Of a stretch of 64,000 nucleotides of DNA, positions 8,708-18,407 are shown in pieces. The DNA comes from Chloroflexota bacterium (GTDB lineage Bacteria; Chloroflexota; Dehalococcoidia; UBA2979). A program made the position numbers and the translations under genes. The stretch is from contig JAQCIU010000001.1 of the NCBI GenBank assembly GCA_027593235.1, positions 103,132-167,131 of the forward strand, given 5' to 3'. Position 1 is the first letter of the stretch. Each line of letters begins with the position of its first letter. The notes beneath the pieces are model-generated. The model was not told the origin of the DNA, ran no database searches, and saw only the letters and a list, made by a program, of their open reading frames with translations.

Positions 8708-9751
8708 ATGAAACGACTACTGACCGGAGCGTTGCTGCTCCTGAGTGTGTTCGCCTTCGGGGCGTGCTCCGACGATGGCGACGCCACAGCAACTGCGGGG
8801 CCGGCCGACACCGCCACCGTTGGGACGGGCGACGAGCCCGCCGATCCGGTGTCCGTGACCGTCATGCTCGACTGGACGCCGAACACGAACCACATCGGCG
8901 TCTACGCAGCCCTCGGACAGGGCTACTACGCGGAAGCCGGCCTGGACGTGCGGATCATCGAGCCGGCCGCCGCCGGCGTGGAAGCGGTGGTCGCCGAGGG
9001 CCAGGCCGACTTCGGGTTCTCGTACTCGGAGGCGCTGCTGCCGGCACGCCTCGCGGGCGTGGGCATCACCTCGATCGCGACGGCGCTGCCGCACAACGAG
9101 TCGAGCCTGATGTCGCTCGCCAGCGCCGGCATCGAGCGCCCTCGGGACTTCGAGGGCAAGCGTTACGGCGGCTTCGGCGGCGTGCTGGAGCAGCGACTAA
9201 TCGAGACGTTGGTCGCCTGCGACGGCGGCGATCCGTCGAAGGTCGAGTTCGTCGAGGTCGGCAACATCGACTACATCCCCGGGATGCAGCAGGACCGCTT
9301 CGACTTCGTCTGGGTCTTCGAGGGCTGGGACGTGATCCGTGCGCGCGGCCTCGAGGGCGTCGAGGTGACGACGCTGCCGTTCATCGACTACACCGAGTGC
9401 ATCCCGGACTGGTACACCCCGATCATCGTCACCGACGACGACCTGATCGCGAACAACCCGGAGCTGGTGCGGGTCTTCCTCGCGGCGACGGCCCGCGGCT
9501 ACGACTTCGCCGCCAGCAACCCGGACGAGGCCGCGACGGACCTCCTCACCGCGGTGCCGGAACTCGACGAGCAACTCGTCCGCGACAGCGCCGCCTATCT
9601 CGCCAGCCACTTCACGGATGGCGCTGGCTGGGGCCAACAGCAGGATGCGATCTGGGTCGGTTTCGAGGCGTTCCTGCGCGAGGCGGGGTTGATCGAGGAG
9701 CCGGTCGATGTGTCCACGGTCTACACCAACGAGTTCCTACCCGCCTCGTGA
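8708..9751 (+). CDS. ABC transporter substrate-binding lipoprotein (NMT1/THI5-like, ThiY-like)
   Basis: MKRLLTGALLLLSVFAFGAC lipobox, then ...VTVMLDWTPNTNHIGVYAALGQGYY..., typical of HMP/thiamine-precursor binding proteins. Confidence 0.88.
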   Translation: MKRLLTGALLLLSVFAFGACSDDGDATATAGPADTATVGTGDEPADPVSVTVMLDWTPNTNHIGVYAALGQGYYAEAGLDVRIIEPAAAGVEAVVAEGQADFGFSYSEALLPARLAGVGITSIATALPHNESSLMSLASAGIERPRDFEGKRYGGFGGVLEQRLIETLVACDGGDPSKVEFVEVGNIDYIPGMQQDRFDFVWVFEGWDVIRARGLEGVEVTTLPFIDYTECIPDWYTPIIVTDDDLIANNPELVRVFLAATARGYDFAASNPDEAATDLLTAVPELDEQLVRDSAAYLASHFTDGAGWGQQQDAIWVGFEAFLREAGLIEEPVDVSTVYTNEFLPAS

Positions 9752-9795
9752 TCGGGCGGGCGCCGAGTGACAGGTCGAAGGGCGCGCGGTGAGCA

Positions 9796-10554
9796 ATGAC
9801 TGAAGCGGCGGTCCAGCTCGAGGGCATTCGTCACGTCTTCGCCGGCGACCCGCCGGTGGAGGCGGTGGCGGACGTCTCGCTCGAGGTGGATCGTGGTTCC
9901 TTCGTCTCGCTGCTCGGCCCCAGCGGCTGCGGCAAGAGCACGTTGCTACGCGTCCTCGCCGGCCTCGTCGAGCCCACCGAGGGCCGCGCCACCATCGACG
10001 GCGAGAGCACCATCGGCGCCCCCGGACTCGCCGCCTTCATGCCGCAGCGCGACCTCTTGCTCCCCTGGCGCCGCGTCGAGGCGAACGCCGTGCTCGGCGC
10101 GGAGATCGCCGGCGTCCCGCCCGAGGAGGCACGCCGCCGCGCGCGCGAACTCTACGAACGCTTCGGCCTCGAGGGCTTCGAGCGCTCGTGGCCGGGCCAA
10201 CTCTCCGGCGGCATGCGCCAGCGGCTCGCGCTGCTCCGCACCTTCCTCATGCCGCGTGACACGCTGCTCCTCGACGAGCCGTTCGGCGCGCTCGACGCCA
10301 TGACTCGCCGCGAAATGCAGGTCTGGCTCGAAGGCGTGCTGGCACAGGATCCGCGCACAGTGCTGCTGGTCACGCACGACATCGATGAGGCGCTCTTGCT
10401 GTCGGACGTCGTCTACGTCATGTCGCCGCGCCCCGGCCGGATCTCCGCGCGCGTCGAGGTGGATCTGGCGCGCCCTCGACGGGGAGCCGACACGGCGACG
10501 CCGCGCTTCGCCGGGTTGAAGGCGGTGGTGCTGGAGGCGCTGGAGGCGGGGTAG
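9796..10554 (+). CDS. ABC transporter ATP-binding protein (ThiZ-like)
   Basis: Walker A GPSGCGKST, signature LSGGMRQR, Walker B LLLDEPFGALD. Confidence 0.93.
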   Translation: MTEAAVQLEGIRHVFAGDPPVEAVADVSLEVDRGSFVSLLGPSGCGKSTLLRVLAGLVEPTEGRATIDGESTIGAPGLAAFMPQRDLLLPWRRVEANAVLGAEIAGVPPEEARRRARELYERFGLEGFERSWPGQLSGGMRQRLALLRTFLMPRDTLLLDEPFGALDAMTRREMQVWLEGVLAQDPRTVLLVTHDIDEALLLSDVVYVMSPRPGRISARVEVDLARPRRGADTATPRFAGLKAVVLEALEAG

Positions 10555-10622
10555 GTCGGTCCGGACAGACGTTCCGCCGGCGCACCGCCGTATGCTCGAT
10601 GCCTGACCGGAGGCGTCTACAG

Positions 10623-11981
10623 ATGGCTCGCTCGCTCCAACTCTGGACCGCACTGCTCACCCTCGCGGTGCTGACCGCGGCCGCCTGCACCTCGGGAGAT
10701 GGCGGCACCGCGACGCCCAGCGCGACCGCCAGCGCCGAGCCAACAACGGCGTTTGCCACCGCCTCGCCCACTCGAACGCCGACCCCGACGCCTACGGCCA
10801 CGGGGGAGCCGACACGGGTGCCAGATCCACCACGTACCGTGTGGTTGATCGATGGCGCCACCGGCGAAGTACTCACACTGCACCAGGACGCCTCATATGC
10901 GGACGCCCGCTTCAACGCCGCGGGCACCCGTGTAGAACTGCGAACCGCCGAGGAGTGGCTTGCGTTTGCCCTCGATGGCTCTCCCGCCCCGGCGCCGGAG
11001 CGGCGCGAGTGCCTGCCGGCTGGCGAGGACGCGGTGGTTGGTGGCGTGACCTTCGAAGAAACGCGATGTGGTTCCGTCTCTCCCGACGGCCGCTGGATGC
11101 TGTTCCCGGTTCCGCTCGAAAACACGAATGGCGACTGGGACCAGTGGGTACTCGACCTCGAGACCGGCGAACGGCGTCTCCTCGAACCGGGACTGCGGAG
11201 CTGTGGTGGCTGCGACGGTCGCTTCGGCCCGGGGTACTCGCCGGACGAGGGGCACGTCTACTTCGCGGAGACGGTCGGAAACGGCCGCACCTTCGTGTCC
11301 GACCTTCTGAGCGGCGAGACCGATCTGCTGGGCGACGGCGGCACCGAGATCAATCGGAGACCGCTGTGGGCTCCGAACGGGGAGCGTCTCCTCTACTCGG
11401 ACGACGGCGAGCGTCTCCTGATCCGCGATTTCGAGAGCGGCGACACCTCCGAGGTCCAAGCACTCGATTGGCCCGCGAGCTTCGACGCACTTGGCACCTC
11501 CATCTTTTCGTCCCCGTACTCGGCAGCGGATGCCGCGCCGACGACCACCGTCGTGGACGCGACGACATTCGAGGTCCTGGCCAGCGTCGATGGCGCTGCC
11601 GGCGTCAGCGCCTTCTGGTACCCGCGTGTGGTCGTCGCGCGCTCCGGCGACGGTATCGTTGTCGCCGTCGAACAGGCAGCCAGCTGCGTCGAGGGCATCA
11701 CCATCTACACGCCCGCGTCGCCGGATGGCGCCTGCTTCGAGTCCGCCGTCGGAGCGACCGTCTCACCCGACGGGCGGCTCGTCGCCTTCTCCGTGCAGTC
11801 CGGTGACACTGCCTCCCACAGCGCCCCATCCGACTTCCGAGTCGTGCTCGTCGATACCGAGAGCCTGGAGACGCTCGCGACCATCGAGGGGGCTCAGTCG
11901 TATGACGCGCCGCCGGTGCTCAAGTGGAACCCGGGTAGTACACACCTACTGGTGACCTGGCCCCACGCTCTCGGCTTGTAG
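10623..11981 (+). CDS. Lipoprotein with TolB-like beta-propeller repeats
   Basis: MARSLQLWTALLTLAVLTAAAC lipobox and a Thr/Pro linker. Repeated SPDGRW/ WAPNGERLLY / VSPDGRLVAF blades. Confidence 0.7.
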   Translation: MARSLQLWTALLTLAVLTAAACTSGDGGTATPSATASAEPTTAFATASPTRTPTPTPTATGEPTRVPDPPRTVWLIDGATGEVLTLHQDASYADARFNAAGTRVELRTAEEWLAFALDGSPAPAPERRECLPAGEDAVVGGVTFEETRCGSVSPDGRWMLFPVPLENTNGDWDQWVLDLETGERRLLEPGLRSCGGCDGRFGPGYSPDEGHVYFAETVGNGRTFVSDLLSGETDLLGDGGTEINRRPLWAPNGERLLYSDDGERLLIRDFESGDTSEVQALDWPASFDALGTSIFSSPYSAADAAPTTTVVDATTFEVLASVDGAAGVSAFWYPRVVVARSGDGIVVAVEQAASCVEGITIYTPASPDGACFESAVGATVSPDGRLVAFSVQSGDTASHSAPSDFRVVLVDTESLETLATIEGAQSYDAPPVLKWNPGSTHLLVTWPHALGL

Positions 11982-11989
11982 GAGCGACG

Positions 11990-12439
11990 ATCGACCGCGT
12001 CGACCCGGCGAGCGACGATGCGCGCTGGTGTGTTGAGCAGTACTTCGCCGAGCTCGCTGACCGTTTCGAGGCCGGCTTCGACCCCGGCGAGACCGCTCCC
12101 GCCGATGCCGCGGAACTCGTTCCGCCGCACGGCGTCTTCCTCGTCGCCCACCTCGATGGTCGTCCCGTCGCCTGCGGCGCCGTGAAGACCTGGACCGCGG
12201 GTGTGGCCGACATCAAGCGGATGTGGGTCGCTCCCGAGGCCCGCGGCAGCGGCCTCGGCCGACGGATGCTCGTCGCGCTCGAGGGCGAAGCGAGGGCGTT
12301 GGGCCTCGGAGCTGCGCGGCTCGAAACGAACGGCGCACTCGACGAGGCGCTGGCGATGTACCGCAGCCACGGCTACCGCCCGATCGAGCCCTACAGCGGC
12401 GATCCGTACGCCGACTTCGCATTCGAGCGGGAGCTGTAG
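11990..12439 (+). CDS. GNAT family N-acetyltransferase (apparent ATC start)
   Basis: Motif A ...IKRMWVAPEARGSGLGRRML. The frame is open from 11939 and encodes the N-terminal half of the fold (IDRVDPASDDARWCVEQYFAEL...FLVAHLDGRPVACGAV). The first ATG/GTG/TTG is only at 12182. AGGAG at 11980-11984 lies 5 nt before ATC 11990. Confidence 0.7.
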   Translation: MDRVDPASDDARWCVEQYFAELADRFEAGFDPGETAPADAAELVPPHGVFLVAHLDGRPVACGAVKTWTAGVADIKRMWVAPEARGSGLGRRMLVALEGEARALGLGAARLETNGALDEALAMYRSHGYRPIEPYSGDPYADFAFEREL

Positions 12440-12470
12440 CACTTTCTCGAGCGCGAAGGCTGCGTGACGG

Positions 12471-12608
12471 CTAGAACGGGTCTGGGATCTCGACGCTGCA
12501 AATCCCGTTGCCTTCCCAGGTACCGCCAAGCTCTGGGCACTCTGACGAAGTGATAGCCATCTGACCAATCAGGCGGCGGCGTTCGATTTCGGGGCGTTCG
12601 TACATCAT
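12471..12608 (-). CDS. Candidate small ORF (45 aa), unknown function
   Basis: GGAGAG SD 6 nt upstream of ATGATG. Product is MMYERPEIERRRLIGQMAITSSECPELGGTWEGNGICSVEIPDPF. It lies in an otherwise empty ~340-bp gap and has mixed codon bias. Confidence 0.3.
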   Translation of the reverse strand: MMYERPEIERRRLIGQMAITSSECPELGGTWEGNGICSVEIPDPF

Positions 12609-12781
12609 CCGATGCTCTCCAAATGCTGTGATATTCCTGTTGAGTTACTTCGAGCGCAACTTATCAGAACGGCGGCGTGCGTTCTCCTGTTGCAAAGAAG
12701 ACTCGACGATCCGCCAGCAACCGGACTGAGGTCACTACGTCCCGCCCGGGGGCCAAGCTGCGATCGGTCGGTGGGGGTGCG

Positions 12782-13965
12782 ATGAACTGGTGGCCGGCCG
12801 CTTCCGGTGACGCGTGGACGTGGGGCTGGCAGGCCTTCCCCGGCGTCTGGCTGTTCATCGCCCTGATCGCCGGCGCCTACGTCGCCGCGCTTCGCGGTCC
12901 GGGACGGCGTCGCACCCGCCTCGGTGAGCCCGCGGCCAGCGGGCGCCAGCGGCTCTACTTCGTCCTCGGCCTCGTCGCGCTCTGGCTCGCGATCGATTGG
13001 CCGCTCGGCCTCCTCGGCACGGGCTACTCGCTCGCTGCCCGCATCGTTCATCACATGACGATCGGCTTCGTCGCCACGCCGCTGCTCCTGCTCGGGCTCC
13101 CCGAGTGGATGGCTTCGGCACTCGTCCGCGCTCGAAGGATGCGGGCGGTCATGCGGCAGTTGCTGCGACCGTGGGTCGCGTCGCTGCTCTTCGACGCCGC
13201 GTTCCTCGTCTCGAGCATCCCGCCCGTCGTGAACGGATGGCAGCCGTCTCAGGCCGAATCGTTCGCGATCACAGTGATGTAGGTCGCGTCCGGCCTGCTC
13301 GTCTGGTGGCCGCTGGTCGCGCCGGCCGGCTCGTTCGGGCGGCTCGGTTACCTGCTGATTGCGCCGTACCTGTTCACCCAGTCCCTGCTCCCCAAGGTCC
13401 CGGCCGCCTACTACATCTTTTCCGGTGCCTCGTACGACGACCTGTACCGCGACGCCCCGCGCGCCTGGTCCGACATCTCCGCGGGACTCGACCAGCAGAT
13501 CGCCGGCGCCGTCATCTGGCTGGTCGACGGCATCCTCGTCGTCACCGCGATCCACATGCTGACGCTCCGCTGGCAGCGCGACGAACGGATGCAGGGCGTG
13601 GTCCGCGACTTCGGGCTCCCCGTCAGCCCTCGCGCGCTGTCGCTGCTCTTCGAGGAGCCCGGCGCCTGGGAGGCGATGCAGCGCCTCGCCTCGATGGCGC
13701 GCGTGCAGCTCGGGGAGACCGCCGCCCACGCCGCGCTCGGCTCGACTTCCGGCTGCCGGAGGTGCTCACCGCCGACACCCGCGAGCAAGTCGTCCTCGAG
13801 GTACGCGTTGCCCTCAACCCCGTCGAGCAGCTCGAACTCTGGGAGCGCATCGAACGCGGATACTCGGCCTATCTCGAGGGACTGACCGCGGGGCGGCGAG
13901 TGGCGGTGCGCCGACGCGTGGGCTTCCGTGTCGTGGAGTACGCGCTCACAGCCGTCGAGGGCTAA
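12782..13965 (+). pseudogene. Cytochrome c oxidase assembly factor CtaG-like paralogue, disrupted (in-frame TAG plus probable frameshift)
   Basis: MNWWPAASGDAWTWGWQAFPGVWLF... is collinear with the intact CtaG at 48923..49759. TAG 13280-13282 interrupts the frame mid-helix and homology continues behind it (...DQQIAGAVIWLVDGILVV...). The reading frame changes near 13740 before the stop at 13965. Confidence 0.7.
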
Positions 13966-14530
13966 GGCGCCTCGTACGCCGCGACGAGGACGACGAAACT
14001 GAGCGAGGCACCTCGGTAGGTCGCGCCGATCTCCCAGCAGCCGGGCGTGAGCGAGCCGCCGCTAATCATGAACTCGTGCAGCTCGCCCCTCGGACGGATG
14101 CCATGGGTTACGGGGCCGGGGAGTTCGGTCAACCCCGGACCGTCGAGCTGCCGATGCACTCTGTGGAGTGCCGGCTCTGGCTCCTCGTGCCAGTCGAACG
14201 CGGTCGAGAACCAGAACTGCTTCAGCGTCAGCCGGCCATCGTCGTTGACGCTCCAGTTCGCGCCGTTCAGGTCGAGTAGTGTCCAGAGGTCGCCGTCGCC
14301 GTACCAGACGGCGTCGTACAACGGTGGTGGCACCGGTGCCAGTCCGAGGGCGGCGAGAACGCCGGCTGAGGCGGGGTCGTGACCGGGCAGGCCTCGCCGC
14401 TGGCGAGCCGCGTCGCCCCCTGGGAGCATCCGGCCCAGAGCATCGCGAGAAGCGCGAGCACTCCGAGGGCTGCGAGTCCGCGGAGCGCGGACCGCGCTGG
14501 TAGCGACGGGTGGTGTTTCATGAGAGACAT
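13962..14530 (-). pseudogene. Hypothetical lipoprotein, apparently frameshifted after its signal peptide
   Basis: The signal peptide with lipobox (MKHHPSLPARSALRGLAALGVLALLAMLWAGC) is in one frame (14267..14530). The ~150-aa mature domain (...LYDAVWYGDGDLWTLLDLNGANW...CWEIGATYRGASLSFVV) is in another (13962..14429). Confidence 0.5.
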
Positions 14531-14606
14531 ACACCGCCGCGCCTCCGTTGGTTCCGCCCGGACGCGCTAGATCGACGAGGACTGAACGCTCGGCGAGGGA
14601 GCTTTG

Positions 14607-16412
14607 ATGGCGCGTCCTGACCCCCACTCCTACTTCGACGACACCCAGCCGCGCACGCGCCACCTCGAGCTGACGCTCGACGTCGACTTCGAGGAACGCC
14701 GCCTCCGCGGCCGCGCCACCCTCGTCCTCGACCCGCCGGTCCCCGCGGTCGTCGACCCCGACGGCCCGTCGCCCGTGCTCGACCTCGACACCGACGGACT
14801 GACCATCGAGGCGCTGCAAGTCGACGGCGCCCTTGTCGGCGGAATCCTCAGCGACGAAGACGCGGTGCTCGGCCGTCGCCTCCGCATCGACCTCCCCGCC
14901 GGCGCCTCCCGCGTCACGATCGACTACCAGACAGCTACCGAGGCGATCGGCCTCCAGTGGCTCGAGCCGTCGCAGACCGCCGCCGGCGAGCATCCCTTCC
15001 TCTTCTCGCAGTGCCAGCCGATCCACGCCCGCTCCGTCGTCCCCGTGCAGGACTCACCCGCCGCCCGCGTCACGTTCGAGGCGGTGCTGACCGTCCCCGC
15101 TCCGCTCGTCGCGGTGATGGCCGCCGGACCGGCCACCGAGGAGCCAGACTCGCCCGAGGGCACCCGAACCTTCCGCTTCAAGATGCCCCAGGCGATCCCG
15201 CCGTACCTGATCGCGTTCGCGGTCGGCGACCTCGAGGCCCGCGATATTTCAGAGCGCACGCGGGTCTGGGCCGAGCCCTCGATGGTCGAGGCGGCGGCGT
15301 ACGAGTTCGCCGAGACCGAGCAGATGATGGCGACCGCCGAGGAGATGTTCGGCCCCTACGACTGGGACCGCTACGACCTGCTGGTGCTGCCGCCGTCCTT
15401 CCCGTACGGCGGGATGGAAAACCCTCGGCTGACCTTCCTCACGCCGACGGTGATCGCCGGCGACCGCTCGCTCGTCGACGTGATCGCGCACGAGCTGGCG
15501 CACTCCTGGACCGGCAACCTGATCACCAACGCCACCTTCGACCACTTCTGGCTCAACGAGGGCGCCACCACCTGGGCCGAACGTCGCATCGTCGAAGCGC
15601 TGCACGGCGAAGAGTCGGTCGCCCTCGACTGGGCGATCGGTGAACAGGGCCTGCAGGTCGCGTTCGACCGCTTCGGCCTCGACTCGCCGCTGACGAGGCT
15701 CCGCACCGACCTCGAGGGCGGCGACCCGGACGACGCGTACTCGATCATCCCCTACGAGAAGGGCGCCCGCTTCTTCGCACTCCTCGAGCGCACCGCCGGG
15801 CGCGAGCGCTTCGATGCGTTCATCCGTCGCTACATCGAGCGCTACCGCTTCACCTCGATCACCACCGAGGAGTTCGTCGCCTTCCTCGACAGCGAGCTGC
15901 CCGGCGTCGCCGCCGAGGTGGGTGCGAACGCCTGGCTCTACGCGCCCGGCATACCCTCGAACGCCCCGCAGTTCCGCTCCGAACGCCTCGAGTCGCTGAT
16001 CGCCCGCGGCGCCGGCTTCGCCACCGGCGAGCGCCCGACCGCCGAGGAGGTCGCGGCCTGGGCACCCTCGGAGCTGCTCGTCTACCTCCAGCACGTCCCG
16101 CGCCCGCTCCCTCCCGAGGACTGCGCGTGGCTGGACGAACACCTGTCGCTGATGAACCGCGGCAACTACGAGCTCCTCGTCGAGTGGCTCACCATCGCCG
16201 CCGCCTCGGACTACGAACCGGCCTTCGGCCGCCTCGCCGACGTCCTCACCGAGGTGGGCCGCATGAAGTACCTCCGCCCGCTCTACCTCGCGATGGGCGG
16301 ACACCCTCGGACGCGCGCGCTGGCGAGGGAGATCTTCGAGCGCGCGTCACCGGGGTACCACGAGCTCTCGCGCCGAGCGGCGGAGGATGTGATGGCGGGG
16401 TACCCGGAGTAA
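14607..16412 (+). CDS. M1-family zinc aminopeptidase (leukotriene A4 hydrolase-like)
   Basis: GMENPRLTF exopeptidase motif and HELAHSWTGN...WLNEG (HExxH-18-E). About 600 aa. Confidence 0.93.
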   Translation: MARPDPHSYFDDTQPRTRHLELTLDVDFEERRLRGRATLVLDPPVPAVVDPDGPSPVLDLDTDGLTIEALQVDGALVGGILSDEDAVLGRRLRIDLPAGASRVTIDYQTATEAIGLQWLEPSQTAAGEHPFLFSQCQPIHARSVVPVQDSPAARVTFEAVLTVPAPLVAVMAAGPATEEPDSPEGTRTFRFKMPQAIPPYLIAFAVGDLEARDISERTRVWAEPSMVEAAAYEFAETEQMMATAEEMFGPYDWDRYDLLVLPPSFPYGGMENPRLTFLTPTVIAGDRSLVDVIAHELAHSWTGNLITNATFDHFWLNEGATTWAERRIVEALHGEESVALDWAIGEQGLQVAFDRFGLDSPLTRLRTDLEGGDPDDAYSIIPYEKGARFFALLERTAGRERFDAFIRRYIERYRFTSITTEEFVAFLDSELPGVAAEVGANAWLYAPGIPSNAPQFRSERLESLIARGAGFATGERPTAEEVAAWAPSELLVYLQHVPRPLPPEDCAWLDEHLSLMNRGNYELLVEWLTIAAASDYEPAFGRLADVLTEVGRMKYLRPLYLAMGGHPRTRALAREIFERASPGYHELSRRAAEDVMAGYPE

Positions 16413-16420
16413 GGGCCCGT

Positions 16421-16852
16421 GTGGGCGAGACGGTGAGCGCGACTGGAGCGTGGCGGTGGTTCGCGTCGTTCGCTGCGGCGGCGGCCGGCTTTGGCTCGCA
16501 AGCTCTCCTATTCGACGAGGCCGGCGCGATTGACTGGTTCCTTTCGACCAACTGGCTTGTGGGTGGCGCGATCAGCGCGGTCGGCATGGTGGTGCTGACT
16601 CAGGCGGTCTGGGAACTGCGCCTGGGCCGATGGTGGCCGATGCTTGTCGTTGCGCTCGTAGCGCCGATGCCGTTCGCAGTCTACGTCTGGCCGAATAACT
16701 GGGTGCTGGCGGCGAGCCATCTCGTCCCGCTGCTCGCCCTGTCTGCGTCGGGGCGAGCGATGGGAGTACCCGTCGGGCGTGCGCTGGTGTTTGCCCTCGG
16801 GGGGCTCGCGCTCGCGTGGATCTGGCTGTGGCCCGCCTCGTCGATCGAGTAG
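16421..16852 (+). CDS. Hypothetical membrane protein (4 TM)
   Basis: GTG start just after the peptidase stop. Hydrophobic 143-aa product with no known motif. Confidence 0.5.
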   Translation: MGETVSATGAWRWFASFAAAAAGFGSQALLFDEAGAIDWFLSTNWLVGGAISAVGMVVLTQAVWELRLGRWWPMLVVALVAPMPFAVYVWPNNWVLAASHLVPLLALSASGRAMGVPVGRALVFALGGLALAWIWLWPASSIE

Positions 16853-16862
16853 CCGGCCGAAC

Positions 16863-18224
16863 TCAGGAGCGCTCGGACTCGCGCATTTCCGCGACTGCGG
16901 CACCGGGCGTCGGTGCCGGCCGTGACACCGGGAGCTCGGCAATCCCTCGGGTGAGGTCCGGTCGGGGAAGTTTCAGCGCGACCACGAAGAGGGCGAGTGA
17001 GGCGACGTAGGTGCCGATGAACAGCAGGATCGCGGCGTCGTAGGAACCGGTGCGGTCGAAGATCGCGCCCGCGATCGTCGGACTGATCACCTGGCCAAGC
17101 GTCTCCACGACGACCACGGCTCCGAGGATTGTCGCGAAGTGAGCGACCCCGAACGCGCGGGTCAGCAGCAGTGCCTCGATGATCGGTCCGCCTGCGGTGC
17201 CGGCGACCCAGAAGACGAGGAAGAGGACGATCGCCGCCGGAGCGGTGCTGATCGATAGCGTGGCCATCGCGGAGATCAGGAACAGGACGAGCACGATCGT
17301 CAGCACCTCGAAGCGCGGGACGCGATCGGCGAGTGCGCCGACCAGCAGGCGCGTGCCAATGCCGAGCCCGGCGGTGACTGAGACGAGCCAGGCGGCGTTG
17401 GCCCTCGAGATGCCGACGGACTCGTAGAACGGGATCTGGTGGACGAGCCAGCCGAACATCCCGAAGAAGAGCAGGGTGACGGCGAAGGCGAGCGTCCAGA
17501 ACAGCGGCGTGCGGAGCGCCTCGCGGAGCGTCAGCCCCTCGACGGCTGGGCGCGGCAGGTTCGTGTCGTGTGCGGGAGCGCCGTCGACCTCGGCGCCCAC
17601 GTCGGCGGGTGAGTTGCGAACGATGAACCAGCCCACCGGGAGAAAGAGCGCGGCGGTTGCCACGCCCGAAACGACGAAGGCTCCGCGCCAACCGAGCCCG
17701 CCGATCGCCGCGCTCATCAGCGGAACCATGATGAAGCCGCCGAGCGAGAAGCCGCTGCCCAGGATGCTGACGGCGATGCCACGGCGGCGATCGAACCACC
17801 TGGAGATCAGCGCCATGAACGGCATGAAGAACATCAACTGGCGGACGACCGCGTTGATCGCCGAGAACAGGTACCACTGCCAGAGGGTGTTGGTGAACGC
17901 GAGCAGTAGGTAGCTGAGCGCCGTGAGCACCGCGCCGACGAGGATTGCCGATCGCGGACCTCGGGTGTCGATCCAGCGCCCGATGAGCGGCGCTGCGAGC
18001 CCGCTGACCAGCAACGACACCGAAAAGCCGAGGGAGACCTCGGCTCGCGACCACCCGAACTCGGCTTCGAGCGGCTCGACGTAGAGGCCGAACGACCAGA
18101 ACGAGACGCCGGATCCGAGGGCCATCGACACCACGGCCGCGGCGAGCAACCACCAGCCGTAGAACACCTTGCGGTGCCCCGAGACGACGTCGACAGCTCC
18201 GGAGAGCGCACGCAGAGCGGTCAA
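16863..18224 (-). CDS. MFS transporter (oxalate/formate-antiporter-like)
   Basis: 453 aa, 12 TM, with ...LIGRWIDTRGPR... MFS motif A. Confidence 0.88.
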   Translation of the reverse strand: MTALRALSGAVDVVSGHRKVFYGWWLLAAAVVSMALGSGVSFWSFGLYVEPLEAEFGWSRAEVSLGFSVSLLVSGLAAPLIGRWIDTRGPRSAILVGAVLTALSYLLLAFTNTLWQWYLFSAINAVVRQLMFFMPFMALISRWFDRRRGIAVSILGSGFSLGGFIMVPLMSAAIGGLGWRGAFVVSGVATAALFLPVGWFIVRNSPADVGAEVDGAPAHDTNLPRPAVEGLTLREALRTPLFWTLAFAVTLLFFGMFGWLVHQIPFYESVGISRANAAWLVSVTAGLGIGTRLLVGALADRVPRFEVLTIVLVLFLISAMATLSISTAPAAIVLFLVFWVAGTAGGPIIEALLLTRAFGVAHFATILGAVVVVETLGQVISPTIAGAIFDRTGSYDAAILLFIGTYVASLALFVVALKLPRPDLTRGIAELPVSRPAPTPGAAVAEMRESERS

Positions 18225-18407
18225 GTGGGCTCCGTGGTTGGAGATCAGCGAGGGGCGATCACCGTATCAGTCGAGGGCCGTGGGGAGCGCCGGGGGATCT
18301 CGCGCGCTACCCCACGTGGCGGGCTCTCGCCGACGGAACGTCGGCGGCGTGATCGACCGGCGGCTTGCCCGAGCAAGCCGCCGTGCTGCCGAGGCTTGCG
18401 CTGCTCG

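Noticed and set aside
12471-12608. Small ORF as a lasso-peptide or PqqA precursor
   Set aside because: With Thr at -2, the putative core (SECPELGGTWE...) has Glu only at positions 2, 5 and 11, not 7-9. There is no Glu-x3-Tyr, and no maturation genes are nearby. It is kept only as a generic small-ORF candidate.
5215-13282. TAG reassignment (for example pyrrolysine or a sense-codon recoding) as the explanation for the two in-frame TAGs
   Set aside because: Many genes in the window (ABC ATPase at 10552-10554, the TasA-like gene at 30861-30863, the LLM gene and others) terminate at TAG at the expected protein length. No pyl genes are present.
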